62,959 nt of DNA, filler included, from an uncultured bacterium (GCA_964449065.1; 13 parts of 13 records of this genome joined end to end with filler, not necessarily neighbours in it); one strand, 5' to 3'. Counted from the first letter of the whole stretch, positions 21,958-33,077 are shown. The notes: a model not told the origin generated them from the letters alone. Numbers and translations: made by a program.

Positions 21958-23390
21958 GTGATTCACCCATCATAGTATGGCTGCGGTATGATTTGCGTTT
22001 GGATGATCACCCCGCACTGCTCGAAGCCGCGGAAACCGGAAAACCCGTCATCCCCGTGTACATCTGGTCTCCGGATGAAGAAGGCGATTGGCAGCCGGGT
22101 GCGGCAAGCCGGTGGTGGCTGCATCAATCCTTGCAATGTTTACAGAAGAGTCTAAAGGATACCGGTTCGAATCTGATCATCCGCAAAGGTTCTTCAAAAG
22201 AAGTACTCGATAAACTCATCCAAGAAACAGGAGCCGGTACCGTATTTTGGAGCCGCCGCTACGAACCCGCCATCACCCGGCGCGATACCGAAATCAAATC
22301 GCATTTGAAAGAGCAGGGGATTAGCGTGAAGAGTTTTAATTCAGCCCTGCTCTTTGAACCGTGGGAAATTTCCACCAAGCAGGATGACCCCTACAAAGTA
22401 TTCACCCCCTATTGGAAAGCCTGCACCTCATTACCCGAACCGCAAGAACCTCTCAATGCACCCCAAAAACTCAAAGCCCCAAAACCGTCCCCTAAATCCC
22501 TATCTGTCGATGACCTAAACCTCATGCCGAAGATCGGCTGGTGGAAAGGCATTGCAAAAACATGGACTCCAGGCGAAAGCGGCGCATGGGAAGGATTGAA
22601 ACGATTTTATAAAAACGCGTTGATGGACTATGAAGCACAGCGTGATATCCCATCCGAATTCGGCACATCCCGCCTGTCGCCGCATTTGCATTTCGGCGAG
22701 ATCAGCCCGCAGCGGGTGTGGCATGAGATCCGAAACTACCAGCAGCGCTATCAAAAAGGGCAGCCCAAACCGGCGAATGCTTATCTGCGTGAAATCGGCT
22801 GGCGCGAGTTTGCTCATCACATCCTCTTCCATTTTCCCCACACCACTGGTGAACCGATGAACCCGAAGTTCGAACAGTTCCCGTGGAAGGATGATGAAGC
22901 GTCATTGCGCCGCTGGCAAAAGGGGCAGACGGGCTACCCCATTGTTGATGCCGGAATGCGCGAGCTGTGGGATACCGGATGGATGCACAACCGCGTTCGT
23001 ATGATCGCGGCCTCATTTTTGGTGAAGGATTTAATGATCCCCTGGCAGGAAGGGGCAAAGTGGTTTTGGGATACCTTGGTCGATGCCGATTTGGCCAACA
23101 ATTCGATGGGTTGGCAATGGTCGGCGGGCAGCGGGGCCGATGCCGCGCCCTACTTCCGCATCTTTAACCCCATCACGCAGGGAGAAAAATTCGACAAGGG
23201 CGGAGACTATGTACGAAGATGGGTACCGGAACTCAAAGTCCTCCCCCACAAATGGATTCACCACCCCTGGGACGCCCCCGACGATGTCTTAGCACAAGCC
23301 GGAATCAAACTCGGAGACGATTACCCCCGCCCGATTGTGGATCACAAACTCGCCCGCCAAGAGGCGTTGGATGCCTTTCAAAAGATATAG
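21954..23390 (+). CDS. phrB: Deoxyribodipyrimidine photolyase
   Basis: WLRYDLRLDDHPAL, TSRLSPHLHFGEIS, WREF, GYPIVDAGMRELW, MHNRVRM, YFRIFNP. Confidence 0.95.
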   Translation: MSDSPIIVWLRYDLRLDDHPALLEAAETGKPVIPVYIWSPDEEGDWQPGAASRWWLHQSLQCLQKSLKDTGSNLIIRKGSSKEVLDKLIQETGAGTVFWSRRYEPAITRRDTEIKSHLKEQGISVKSFNSALLFEPWEISTKQDDPYKVFTPYWKACTSLPEPQEPLNAPQKLKAPKPSPKSLSVDDLNLMPKIGWWKGIAKTWTPGESGAWEGLKRFYKNALMDYEAQRDIPSEFGTSRLSPHLHFGEISPQRVWHEIRNYQQRYQKGQPKPANAYLREIGWREFAHHILFHFPHTTGEPMNPKFEQFPWKDDEASLRRWQKGQTGYPIVDAGMRELWDTGWMHNRVRMIAASFLVKDLMIPWQEGAKWFWDTLVDADLANNSMGWQWSAGSGADAAPYFRIFNPITQGEKFDKGGDYVRRWVPELKVLPHKWIHHPWDAPDDVLAQAGIKLGDDYPRPIVDHKLARQEALDAFQKI

Positions 23391-23511
23391 TAATTCGCTA
23401 AATTATTAGAAATATCTTTAACCTTTATTCCATAATATATAACGCTCCAGATTGTATTCATCTGCTTATCAAAAAGCTTTGAGTTTTGGTGATGATTGGA
23501 GTTCTTGAATC

Positions 23512-24056
23512 ATGGCAAAGAAGAAAATCGCGAAAACAGACATCTTAATACCGCAAGATAGAATCAACAGTTCCATATTACTGATTCGTGATCAAAAAGT
23601 GATTCTGGACAGAGACTTAGCGGAATTATATGAAGTTGAAACCAAAGCGCTTACTCAGGCGGTTCGACGGAATGAAGACCGGTTTCCTGAAGACTTTATG
23701 TTTCGGTTAACGAAGGAAGAATTTGACATCTTGAGGTCACAATCTGTGACCTCAAGTGAATGGGGTGGAACACGATACCCTCCCTATGCTTTTACCGAAC
23801 AAGGAATCGCAATGTTATCCAGTGTGTTGAGGAGCAAACGCGCTGTGCAAGTGAATATCGAAATTGTGAGAACATTTGTCCGCTTGCGGGAATGGCTGTC
23901 CTCGCATGAAGAATTGGCGAAAAATTATCATCACTGGAACGAAAATATGACCATCAATTTAAAGCGGTATTTGACGCGATACGCAAATTAATGAACCCAC
24001 CCTTACCTCCAAAGAAACAACAGATCGGTTTTACACCACCGAAAAAAGAAAAATGA
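23512..24056 (+). CDS. ORF6N-domain DNA-binding protein, apparently frameshifted at A-run 23920-23924
   Basis: [45 protein letters not shown]; adding one A restores the typical tail [20 protein letters not shown]...QIGF. Confidence 0.85.
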
Positions 24057-24341
24057 ACCAATCAATCCAATCTTAAGGTGACAATCTGTGTCCTTAAGTC
24101 AGCAAAGAAAGCCGTATATCTTGCCTATTCTGCTGTTATCTTTGAAATCCTGATTCTGAAAGCAAAAAACAGGCTTTGATGGCCTTTGAAACCCGTAATG
24201 ACGGCTTGAATACATTCTAGAAATTGAAATAAGATTTATATGGTGGATCACCATGTTTTCATGAACAGTTATCCATGACCCATTTGGTAGTATTCGATCT
24301 AATACGGATTCAAATAAATTCTGTGTGATTCCACCATAAAA

Positions 24342-24365
24342 GGGTAGCATCGGCTTCCAGCCGGT
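24342..24365 (+). repeat. GTAG-type REP-like unit
   Basis: GGGTAGCATCGGCTTCCAGCCGGT; exact reverse complement at 44523-44546. Confidence 0.75.
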
Positions 24366-24424
24366 ACCGCACACCGCATATTATTTCATTGAAGCGGTAT
24401 TAACAATCCTAATTGGAAATGATA

Positions 24425-24714
24425 TTACATGTTATTTCTTTTAACGATTTGAGAATACGTTAACGCAATCGCGGCGGCAATCATTTTTCGTTTGGATTTT
24501 GGCACATCATTCTTGATCAACAAATTTCCATGATAAGGGTTATCTTCTAATGGACTGCGTTCATAGGATAATGAACCATGAATGGCGTGGAGATTGTTCA
24601 GCCGGTCAATCTCAAAACGGGAAAGAACAGCGACACCTATTTTGAATTGATACTGCTCCTCCTTTTTTTGTTGTAAGGTAAATTCTATAACCCCATCATC
24701 ATCATTCCAATTAA
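24425..24714 (-). pseudogene. Hypothetical gene fragment whose 5' end abuts a MITE-like element
   Basis: Open frame INWNDDD...NPYHGNLL; the annotated start lies inside the repeat at 24715. Confidence 0.5.
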
Positions 24715-24805
24715 TAGCTGATGTTACGCAATCCATGATTGACGATTGCCTGAAAAATGGTTTTTGTTGTGAGCAAACTATTCTAAGTCAAACGCAGTGT
24801 CTATC
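24715..24805 (+). repeat. MITE-like element copy (truncated by contig end)
   Basis: CTGATGTTACGCAATC...AACTATTCTAAGTCAAACGCAGTGTCTATC shared with the 19716 copy. Confidence 0.8.
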
Positions 24806-24982
24806 NNNNNNNNNNNNNNNNNNNNNNNNNNNNNNNNNNNNNNNNNNNNTTAATTAATTAANNNNNNNNNNNNNNNNNNNNNNNNNNNNNNNNNNNNNNN
24901 NNNNNCCTGTAGGTTCGGGTGCCGCTGATCGACATGCGACGCCCTCTTGGTGCAGCGTCCTGGCTTCCACGAGGAGGTCGAG

Positions 24983-25312
24983 ATGGCGAGTGGTCGGAAG
25001 GTGCGCGCGGAAGAGGCGCTCGAGTTGTTGGAGCGCTGGGAGCAGTCGGGCGAGCGGATGTCGACATGGTGCGCGGCGCGCGGCCTGAACTGGTACTCGC
25101 TGTCGGCGTACAAGGGCTGGCTGTTCACGCGCTGGGACGACGAACCCGTGGAGGACCTGGTGTTCGCCGAGGTCGTCGTCGATGACGTCGAGGCGACGGC
25201 CTCGAAAGGATGCCGATACCGCATCGAGCTCGGTGACGTCGTGCTCGAAGTCGACGACAGGTTCCGGGACGACACTCTCCGGCGCCTGCTCGGAGTGGTC
25301 GCGTCGTGCTGA
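24983..25312 (+). CDS. tnpA: IS66 accessory protein TnpA
   Basis: GAGGAGG RBS; WEQSGERMSTWCAARGL HTH-like segment. Confidence 0.8.
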   Translation: MASGRKVRAEEALELLERWEQSGERMSTWCAARGLNWYSLSAYKGWLFTRWDDEPVEDLVFAEVVVDDVEATASKGCRYRIELGDVVLEVDDRFRDDTLRRLLGVVASC

Positions 25313-25677
25313 CCCTCCCGCCGAACCTGCGCATCCACCTTGCCGCGGCGCCCTGCGACATGCGGAAGTCCTTCCGGGGGCTCTCCGGCATCGTGCGCGA
25401 GACGCTCCGCGCTGACCCGCTCTCCGGCCATGTCTTCTGCTTCGTCAACAAGCGGAGGACCATGCTCAAGCTGCTCGTGCACGTCCGCTCCGGCTACGCG
25501 ATCTACTACCGGCGGCTCTCCCGCGGCACGTTCCAGCTGCCGCCCATCGACGAGGGCCAGGACCAGGTCTTGCTCGACCCCGCCACCCTCACGTTGATGC
25601 TCGAAGGCATCGACCTTCGGAGCGTGAAGCGCCGTTTGCGCCACATCCACCAGCCGAGGCCACATCCCGAGACCTGA
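25306..25677 (+). CDS. tnpB: IS66 accessory protein TnpB
   Basis: DMRKSFRGL, DPLSGHVFCFVNKRR, RLSRGTF. Confidence 0.9.
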   Translation: MLTLPPNLRIHLAAAPCDMRKSFRGLSGIVRETLRADPLSGHVFCFVNKRRTMLKLLVHVRSGYAIYYRRLSRGTFQLPPIDEGQDQVLLDPATLTLMLEGIDLRSVKRRLRHIHQPRPHPET

Positions 25678-25740
25678 GATTCGCCGATCCATACCGAGAA
25701 GGGGGTTGCCTTCGCTGTCAGAAAGCTGCTCCAACGGACT

Positions 25741-27252
25741 ATGACGCTCGAAGACGCCCTTCGCAGAAACCAAGAGCTGGAAGCGCAGCTCGCGCAGCGG
25801 GATCGGATGATCGAGAACCTGTCCGCGCAGGTCGCCAAGCTGCTCGATGAAGTCGCGAAGCTGAAGAAGAAGCCGAGCCGCGGCCGGAAGCGAAAGAAGG
25901 AGCGGGAGGCCCGTGCCCGTGCGAAGGGGCGCACCGACGACGGAGAGCCTCCCAAGGCGCCGGCTCGCGACGAACCTGAGGACAACGGCGACAAGGCGAC
26001 ACCCCGCAGGGGGCCGATCCCCGAACACCTCGAGCGCCACGTCGAGGAGCACACCCTCTCGGATGACATCGGCTGCTGCGCGACCCCCTTGCTGGAAGCG
26101 CGCGACCCGCGGGTGTTGGAGCGCAAGACCATCATCCCCGAGCACGTCGCCGTGAAGCGCGTCGAGCTCCATCGCGCCCAGTGCCTGTGCTGCGGAACGG
26201 TGCACACCGCCGCGACTCCACCGCTCGCGATGCCCAACGGCTCCATGTCCGCAGCCCTCATCGCTTACGTGGTCCATGGCAAGTGCGGTCTGCATCTGCC
26301 GCTGAAGCGCATCCTCGGCGTGCTCATGGAGAAGGGCATGCGCGTCGCGAAGTCGACGATGTCCAACGTGATGAGGCACGCCGCCAACCTCCTGATCCCG
26401 ATCTACGACCGCATCGTCGCGGCCTTGTTCGCCAGCGACCTGATCCATCTGGACGGCACCGGCATCAAAGCGCTGACGCCCGGCGAGAAGGGCAGCCACC
26501 GCGGCCAGATCGCGGTGTACTGCAACGAGGAGCTGACCGTCTACGCGTACTCGGAGGACAAGAAGGGCAAGCACATGCGGGACTTCCTTCGGGTCGGTGA
26601 AGCCCGCGGCTACCGCGGGAATCTGGTGGCAGACGCCGCGAACAACATGGACCTTCTCTACCGAGACAGGAGCATCCAGGAGTGTGGCTGCTGGTACCAC
26701 GCCCGCGACAAGTTCGATGTCGCAGCACCCGGCGCGCCGACCGCGGCCGCCGAAGCGAAAGCGTGGATGGGCACCCTCTTCGACGTCGAGACCCGCGGCG
26801 ACCGGGCTGGCGACACCGATGCGGAACGGCTCGCCCGTCGAAAACGCGAGTCGATCCCGCTGCTGCGAGGCTTCTACCGCTGGATGAACGCGACGCAGCA
26901 CCGCTACACGCCCGACGAGGAGCTGTGGAAGGCCATCCAGTACTGCCGAAACCACTGGCGTGCGCTGACGCGGTTCATGACGGACGGCTCGATCCCGATG
27001 ACGAACAACATCGCCGAGCGCGAGCTGGGAGTGTTCGGTCGGGGCCGGAAGAACTGGCTGTTCGCAGGAAGCGACGCGGGTGGCCACTGGCTCGCCATCC
27101 TCCACACAGTGGTCCGGACCTGCCAACGGTTGGCGGTTGCCCCGTTCGAGTATCTGGCATGGGTGCTGCCGCAGCTGTCGGATCTGCCCGTGAACCGGGG
27201 CAAAGGGACGCTGGCGTCGCTGACGCCGATGGCCTACGCTACTTCGCACTGA
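25741..27252 (+). CDS. tnpC: IS66 transposase TnpC
   Basis: N-terminal coiled coil; Zn-binding Cys; HLDGT; CWYHARDKF; TNNIAEREL; GRKNWLFAGS. Confidence 0.92.
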   Translation: MTLEDALRRNQELEAQLAQRDRMIENLSAQVAKLLDEVAKLKKKPSRGRKRKKEREARARAKGRTDDGEPPKAPARDEPEDNGDKATPRRGPIPEHLERHVEEHTLSDDIGCCATPLLEARDPRVLERKTIIPEHVAVKRVELHRAQCLCCGTVHTAATPPLAMPNGSMSAALIAYVVHGKCGLHLPLKRILGVLMEKGMRVAKSTMSNVMRHAANLLIPIYDRIVAALFASDLIHLDGTGIKALTPGEKGSHRGQIAVYCNEELTVYAYSEDKKGKHMRDFLRVGEARGYRGNLVADAANNMDLLYRDRSIQECGCWYHARDKFDVAAPGAPTAAAEAKAWMGTLFDVETRGDRAGDTDAERLARRKRESIPLLRGFYRWMNATQHRYTPDEELWKAIQYCRNHWRALTRFMTDGSIPMTNNIAERELGVFGRGRKNWLFAGSDAGGHWLAILHTVVRTCQRLAVAPFEYLAWVLPQLSDLPVNRGKGTLASLTPMAYATSH

Positions 27253-27331
27253 GGCGAGAGCCTCCTTCGGCCCGATCGTATCCCCGAATGTGACGTTGGC
27301 TGCGGCGTCAAGCTGGAGCACCCGAACCTAC

Positions 27332-27797
27332 AGGCTGGTCCGACCACATCCTCGATGAGTGCTTCACCGCTATCCTCGCCAAGCACCCCCACCTGGACGC
27401 CACCAGGCTGCAGAGAACGCGGCGCTTGATGAACCGCGCATTCCCCGATGCTCGCGTCGAGGGGTTCGAGAGCCTCGAAGAAGGCTTGGAGCTCCCTGAC
27501 CCTGATGACAGACATGTCCTCGCCGCCGCAATCCGTGGGCACGTCGACGTGCTCGTCACCAGCAACCTCAAGGACTTCCCGCCGCGTGCGCTAAGGCCGT
27601 ACGAGCTGGAAGCGATGCGGCCCGATGCCTTTGTCATGGCGCTCCTGGAGGAGCGGCCCACCGCAGTGATTGACGTCGTTCGTCAGCAGGCCGCCGACAA
27701 GAAGAGGCCGCCTGTCAGCTTCGACCGACTCCTGGACGCGCTTGTCAAGGCGGGCCTGCCCCGAACCGTGTCAGAGATTCGGCGCCTGGTCGCGTAG
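27332..27797 (+). pseudogene. PIN-domain protein, N-terminus removed by IS66 insertion
   Basis: Frame reads WSDHILDE...MNRAFPDA...LPDPDDRHVLAAAI...VTSNLKDFP directly after the IS right end. Confidence 0.8.
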
Positions 27798-28219
27798 GCC
27801 CTGCCAGAGACCCGCAGAACGACACTTCGAGTTAACCCGTGCTTGCTACCGCGAACGGTCGCTGCGCTCCCTGGTCGGCTCCGCCGCCCTCGCAGCAGAA
27901 GCACCAGTTACACAGGCGTCCTAGCGCCCTATGGTGCCGGTACACCGCCCGAGTCGTCGAGCATCTCTGTGCACGGGCGTTCGAGAGAGTCCCAGGTTTC
28001 GCCCAGGCTGCGATCGCTCCGCCACCGTCAGGACCTTTGCATCTTGTTCGTCTCTCGGGCCAGCGCGATCCGGCTGCGACCAAGGGCGCCGGCAGAAGCC
28101 ATCGCAGTACCCCAAGGGTCGGGAGCGAATCTCTTGGTTTTTGCTTGAGCCTCGCTCGGCAACACACTACTGTGGGGACCAAGGGCGACTGCCCTCGTAC
28201 CCCAATGATAGGAGTAGCC

Positions 28220-28800
28220 GTGCGTTCCATCTCTTCAGCTCTCTGGCTGACCACGTGGCTGGCCTTTGGCTCGGGCAGCGCCTTTGCAACCCCCATGTCG
28301 ACGACGCTAGTATCGGACGACTTCACCACCACCAGCACCGCATGCGACGCACAGTGGACGGGTGCCACCTGCGTTGCTGACTGGGACGGCGTAGGCGCCC
28401 CCGACACCGTGACCTACTACGACAACTCCAGAGGGATTGCAATTAGCATTGCACCAGGCAGTTCGAGCGCTCCGAACGGCGTTGAGCGCGAGGTTAGCCT
28501 GGGCGCTGGAAGCTACGATGAGCTTACCGCCTCCTTCGTCAGCTGGGCGGTTCGACCGGCGCCAGAGTCGAGGTTGTGACCAGCTACCAACAGATGCCTG
28601 ACCCTGGCACGATGCCTCCGTGGCTCCTTTTCCTGTCAAGTGATGCTGGCGAGTGCCCAGACATCGAGTGCAACCGCGTGTCATGCGGGGAGGATCAGGT
28701 AGAGCAGTGCATCTGCGATCCGGGCAAACCTCCCGTGTGTGACGCGATCAATGAGTGTTGGTGTGAGGAAGCCCCACAGGTAGAGCCCGCGGAAGAATAG
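28220..28800 (+). CDS. Secreted hypothetical protein with Cys-rich tail, probably one gene frameshifted at G-run 28545-28547
   Basis: AGGAG then GTG start; signal peptide ending AFA; one extra G joins it to the 28576-28800 frame. Confidence 0.45.
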
Positions 28801-28860
28801 CACGGTTCTAGGCTACCGTCGCCTTCTGGCACAGGCGCCAAGGGCTCTGGAGGAACAAGG

Positions 28861-29505
28861 GTGTTGGCAGCGCAGCGGATTGTTCAGCAAATGGTGGTCT
28901 TCGTAGCCGGCGTGGTGGCAGGGGCTACCGTTGTCTGGGGCACCATGCCCACTGCGAAGCCGCCTCCCTGTCGACAGACGCCAGCGAAGGCGGTACCGGT
29001 GCAGGTACCGCCTCCGGTTGTGTCACCCAGTCCTGTTGAGGACGTAGAAAGCGGTGAGGCCGAGTTGCGCGATCTGGTCGCCGCTCAGGAGGACCAGATC
29101 CGTGCGCTCTCCGCGGAAGCGTTTGGTGTGCCCATCTCATGGCCCGACGACTTCATCAGGAACCTCAACGAGGAGACGATTGACGAGGTGCTGGCGGGCT
29201 GTGATGAGTCGATCGACGTGCTCGGCGTCGACTGCTCCGAGCCACCGTGCCTGGTCGCGCTGCACTCGCCGGAGCTTCGACCGCAGGAGATGGTGGATCG
29301 ATGTCCGAACTGGGACCTGAACTTCGGCATGAAGGGCTTCGCAAACCGTGGAGACGTAGCGGTCATCTTCGCAACGCCCCAGAAGCTCTATGCCAATGAC
29401 CAGACGGGGGACGCTGGCGGAGACAACGTCCAACTGCGCAGGGTGGTGAGGGCGGGGGAAATGCTAGAGTCAGTCATCCTCGAGCAACGCCGCTCGGTCC
29501 CCTAG
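28861..29505 (+). CDS. Hypothetical membrane-anchored protein
   Basis: GGAGG RBS; N-terminal hydrophobic segment; Pro-rich linker; coiled coil; VDCSEPPC. Confidence 0.6.
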   Translation: MLAAQRIVQQMVVFVAGVVAGATVVWGTMPTAKPPPCRQTPAKAVPVQVPPPVVSPSPVEDVESGEAELRDLVAAQEDQIRALSAEAFGVPISWPDDFIRNLNEETIDEVLAGCDESIDVLGVDCSEPPCLVALHSPELRPQEMVDRCPNWDLNFGMKGFANRGDVAVIFATPQKLYANDQTGDAGGDNVQLRRVVRAGEMLESVILEQRRSVP

Positions 29506-29765
29506 CGTAGGTGCTGGTGGGTGGTGATGGTTGGCGGCAGACCTCGGAGCGCGGCCGCCGCCGGCTTCCGTGGCAAATCGAGTCGTCGCTGCCTCGTGTA
29601 ACCCGTGCTTTGGAGTTGATCCGCTTCCGTGGACACCCTCGAAACCACGGTACAGGATGACCCATNNNNNNNNNNNNNNNNNNNNNNNNNNNNNNNNNNN
29701 NNNNNNNNNTTAATTAATTAANNNNNNNNNNNNNNNNNNNNNNNNNNNNNNNNNNNNNNNNNNNN

Positions 29766-30106
29766 CGGGTTCCCAACAACTTGGGCGTTTCTTTCGCGAA
29801 GGAATCCATAAACGCAAATCGTTTGCCTTCAATAAATTCTTGCGGGATGGGTTGATCGGTATATTTTTGCAGTTCCGGTTTGTAGTCAAACAGTTCCAAC
29901 TGGCTGGGGCCGCCCGCCATAAATAGATAGATGACGTTTTTTACCTTAGGCGTGTAGTGCGGCGCTTTGGGGGCGAGGGGATTTTCGACCGCCGCGGCCA
30001 CGCCTTCTTTCGCCAGCAGATTGGTCAGCGCGATAGAGCCAAGCCCCACGGCGCATTGGCTAAAGAAATGGCGTCTGGTTTCATCTAATAGTGGATTCAT
30101 CTTCAT
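29766..30106 (-). CDS. DUF1501 Tat-exported protein, 3' truncated
   Basis: [26 protein letters not shown]; follows a DUF1549/1553 gene. Confidence 0.88.
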
Positions 30107-30110
30107 CGTA

Positions 30111-32492
30111 CTACTCCCTGGTAATAAACTCATCGGTATTCAACACCACGCGGCATACCATAGCCCACGCGGCCAGCGTATGCTCATCATGGGATGAATC
30201 TTCAACCCATTCGGCAACCGCGGCGGCCTCTTCTGGTGTTCCCGAAAAACTTTTGATGTTGTCTTTCAGCAGAGGGTAAAGAATCTCAATTTCATCCCGG
30301 CGCGGATTGCGGTTCAGCGCCAAACGAAATACCCGCCGGATGCGTTCGATATCACCGCTAGGCACTTCATCCAATACCCGGTCGGCCAAGGCTACCGCGC
30401 ATTCAAATAACGCTTCATCGTTAAGCAGGTTCAACGCCTGCAATGGAATATTCGAGCGGGTACGACGGGTGCAGGCGGTATTGGAATCCGGGGCATCGAA
30501 TACCATCAATGCCGGGTGCGGCGTCCCCCGCCAGAAGAAGGTGTACATCGTACGGCGGTAGCGGTCGCCGCCTTTGCTGACGTTCCATTTGCGCTCGACC
30601 TGTCCCAGCTTGGTTACGCCATCGGGTTGGGGAGGGTAAACGCTTGGTCCGCCGATTTTATCGTGCAGCAAGCCGCTGGCCGTTAACGCCATATCACGGA
30701 TAAGTTCCGCATCGGTGCGGATGCGGTTTTGCCTTGCCAGTAGTTTGTTGTAGGGATCAATATCGTTTAACTCAGGCCGCGTATTCGATGATTGCTTGTA
30801 GGTGGATGAAGTCACAATCAAGCGGTGCATGGTTTTCATGCTCCATCCGCGGCGCATGAACTCTGTCGATAGCCAGTCGAGTAACTTCGGGTGCGTGGGT
30901 GGTGCACCGCGCGTGCCGAAGTCGTTCTCGGTCTGTACGATCCCCGTGCCGAAATAGCGCTGCCACATCCGGTTTACGGTGACACGGGCGGTGAGAGGGT
31001 TTTCTTTACTCACCAGCCACTGCGCCAAATCCAAGCGTGTGGGACGTTCATCTTCCACATGCACCGCGGGCAAAACTTTTGGGGTATCCGCAATCACCGG
31101 CCCGCCTTTGCGGGTAAAATCGCCTTGAATGTGTATATGGGTTTGCCGCGGTTCATCGCGCTGACGAAGGATCATGGTTGTAGTAACATCCGGTTTTCGT
31201 TTCTTTAAGGATTGAATCGTTTCGAGGCGGTGCTGATACCCCGCATCTTCATTCAACATCTCCTTGATCTTCTCATCACTTTCATTCGCCCACTCTTTTT
31301 TCAGTTCTTTTTCATACCCCTTTAGTTCATCTTGCAGCAACTCCATCTGGGCGTTGTATGCCGCTAAACGCTTTGCTTCTTCCGGAGTCGGCACAGGCAG
31401 TTTTGGCTCTTCATCCTGATTAAAAAAGTCAAAAAATTGATAATACTCTTTTTGGGTGATGGGATCATATTTATGATCGTGGCACTCGCTGCATGCCACC
31501 GTTAGGCCTAAAAAGACTGTGCCGGTGGTGTTGACACGGTCTACGATGGAATCCACCCGAAACTGCTCTTTATCAATGCCGCCCTCTTGGTTGATTTTTG
31601 TATTGCGGTGAAAGCCGGTCGCGATTAATGATTCGGTATTTGGTTCGGGAATTAAATCGCCCGCCAGTTGATAAATGGTAAAACGGTCAAACGATAAATC
31701 TTGATTGAAGGCATCGATTACCCAATCGCGGTAGCGCCACATTTCACGCGGGCCGTCGATGCTGTAGCCGTTTGAATCCGCATACCGTGCCGCGTCCAGC
31801 CAATGCCGCCCCCAGCGTTCGCCGTAATGAGGAGAAGCAAGCAGACGGTCTACCAATGTTTCATAGGCTTGAGGATCGGTGTCATACACAAACGCATCCA
31901 CTTCTTCAGGCGTAGGCAAAATACCCGTTAAATCCAAACTCACACGCCGAATCAGTGTATAGCGGTCCGCGATTGGAGAGGGTTCAATATTTTTCTCTTC
32001 TAACTTTGCCAAGATGAAGGTATCGATTGGGTTGGATATCCAATCTTTGTTATCCACATGCGGGGGAGAATACCGTACAGGCTTTTTGAATGACCAATGA
32101 TCGAATGTGATTTTTTCCGCAGTTGCAGATTCGTTGTCTTTCCAAACCGCGCCTTGGTTAATCCACGTTTCAATCAAAGCGATTTGTTCATCCGTAAGCG
32201 GTTTCCCCGCCATCGGCATACGCTTTTCCAGCGGATTGCCTTTGATCAGCTGTACCAGCAGACTGTTCTCTGCGTTTCCGGGGATTATGGCATTCCCGGA
32301 AGCCCCGCCCGCAAAGGCGAACGATTTGCCATCCAAGCGCAGTTTGCCCTGCTGGATGTGTTCACTATGGCACCCCAAACACTTCGCCGCAAAGATCGGG
32401 CGAATGTGGGTGTCAAATTCTATGGTGCCGTCAGCAAAGGTGGGGTAGCAGAGAATGGTTGATAATAAGACGGTATGAATGAAGATTTTCAA
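30111..32492 (-). CDS. Planctomycete cytochrome c / DUF1549 / DUF1553 protein
   Basis: [67 protein letters not shown]. Confidence 0.92.
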   Translation of the reverse strand: MKIFIHTVLLSTILCYPTFADGTIEFDTHIRPIFAAKCLGCHSEHIQQGKLRLDGKSFAFAGGASGNAIIPGNAENSLLVQLIKGNPLEKRMPMAGKPLTDEQIALIETWINQGAVWKDNESATAEKITFDHWSFKKPVRYSPPHVDNKDWISNPIDTFILAKLEEKNIEPSPIADRYTLIRRVSLDLTGILPTPEEVDAFVYDTDPQAYETLVDRLLASPHYGERWGRHWLDAARYADSNGYSIDGPREMWRYRDWVIDAFNQDLSFDRFTIYQLAGDLIPEPNTESLIATGFHRNTKINQEGGIDKEQFRVDSIVDRVNTTGTVFLGLTVACSECHDHKYDPITQKEYYQFFDFFNQDEEPKLPVPTPEEAKRLAAYNAQMELLQDELKGYEKELKKEWANESDEKIKEMLNEDAGYQHRLETIQSLKKRKPDVTTTMILRQRDEPRQTHIHIQGDFTRKGGPVIADTPKVLPAVHVEDERPTRLDLAQWLVSKENPLTARVTVNRMWQRYFGTGIVQTENDFGTRGAPPTHPKLLDWLSTEFMRRGWSMKTMHRLIVTSSTYKQSSNTRPELNDIDPYNKLLARQNRIRTDAELIRDMALTASGLLHDKIGGPSVYPPQPDGVTKLGQVERKWNVSKGGDRYRRTMYTFFWRGTPHPALMVFDAPDSNTACTRRTRSNIPLQALNLLNDEALFECAVALADRVLDEVPSGDIERIRRVFRLALNRNPRRDEIEILYPLLKDNIKSFSGTPEEAAAVAEWVEDSSHDEHTLAAWAMVCRVVLNTDEFITRE

Positions 32493-32579
32493 GCGTTAAG
32501 TCTCCCCAAAAGAAAATTTAACTCGTTTTCGAAATCTATTGTGATTTTCTTATTTTAATAGTAAATTAAGAAGAAGACT

Positions 32580-33077
32580 ATGGTAAGGAAAACCAAAATG
32601 ACAACAACAGCAGACAATCCCATTCAAGTATTCCAAGATGCCGTCAACCAATTGTATAAAAATATTGAAAACTGGGCAAAAGCATTGCGGCTTCAATTAT
32701 CCTGGGATGAAATCCAAATTGAAGAAGGCGATTTGGGACCGTACACTATCCACCGTTTGCTCATACACGATGAAAATAATGGAAAAATCGCAGAATTAAA
32801 TCCTATTGGGTGCCGGATAATTGGCGCGGAAGGAAGGGTTGATTTATTCGGCACGTTCGATAGACAGATTCTTGTTTATTTAGAATACCCAGGACCTTCC
32901 ATTTCTATAACGACAGATGAAGAAAAGAAAAAATCGAGTATGTTTTCAAATGTAAACCAAACGGGGTGGTATTGGATAGAAAGCAAAATCCGGGGGAAAG
33001 CTCATGTAATCAAACAAGAATTATTTATGGAATTGCTTTCTATGGTATCGGACTATGAATACGATTCAAAAACTTGA
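32580..33077 (+). CDS. Hypothetical protein (AT-rich)
   Basis: 165-aa ORF overlapping the downstream HEPN-like gene. Confidence 0.7.
   Translation: MVRKTKMTTTADNPIQVFQDAVNQLYKNIENWAKALRLQLSWDEIQIEEGDLGPYTIHRLLIHDENNGKIAELNPIGCRIIGAEGRVDLFGTFDRQILVYLEYPGPSISITTDEEKKKSSMFSNVNQTGWYWIESKIRGKAHVIKQELFMELLSMVSDYEYDSKT

Larger units (their letters stand above)
24909..27331 (+). mobile_element. IS66-family insertion sequence, apparently complete
   Basis: Terminal IRs GTAGGTTCGGGTGC and GCACCCGAACCTAC; tnpA-tnpB-tnpC order. Confidence 0.92.

Noticed and set aside
24850..27321. 823-aa minus-strand ORF
   Set aside because: Antisense shadow of the IS66 genes in GC-rich DNA
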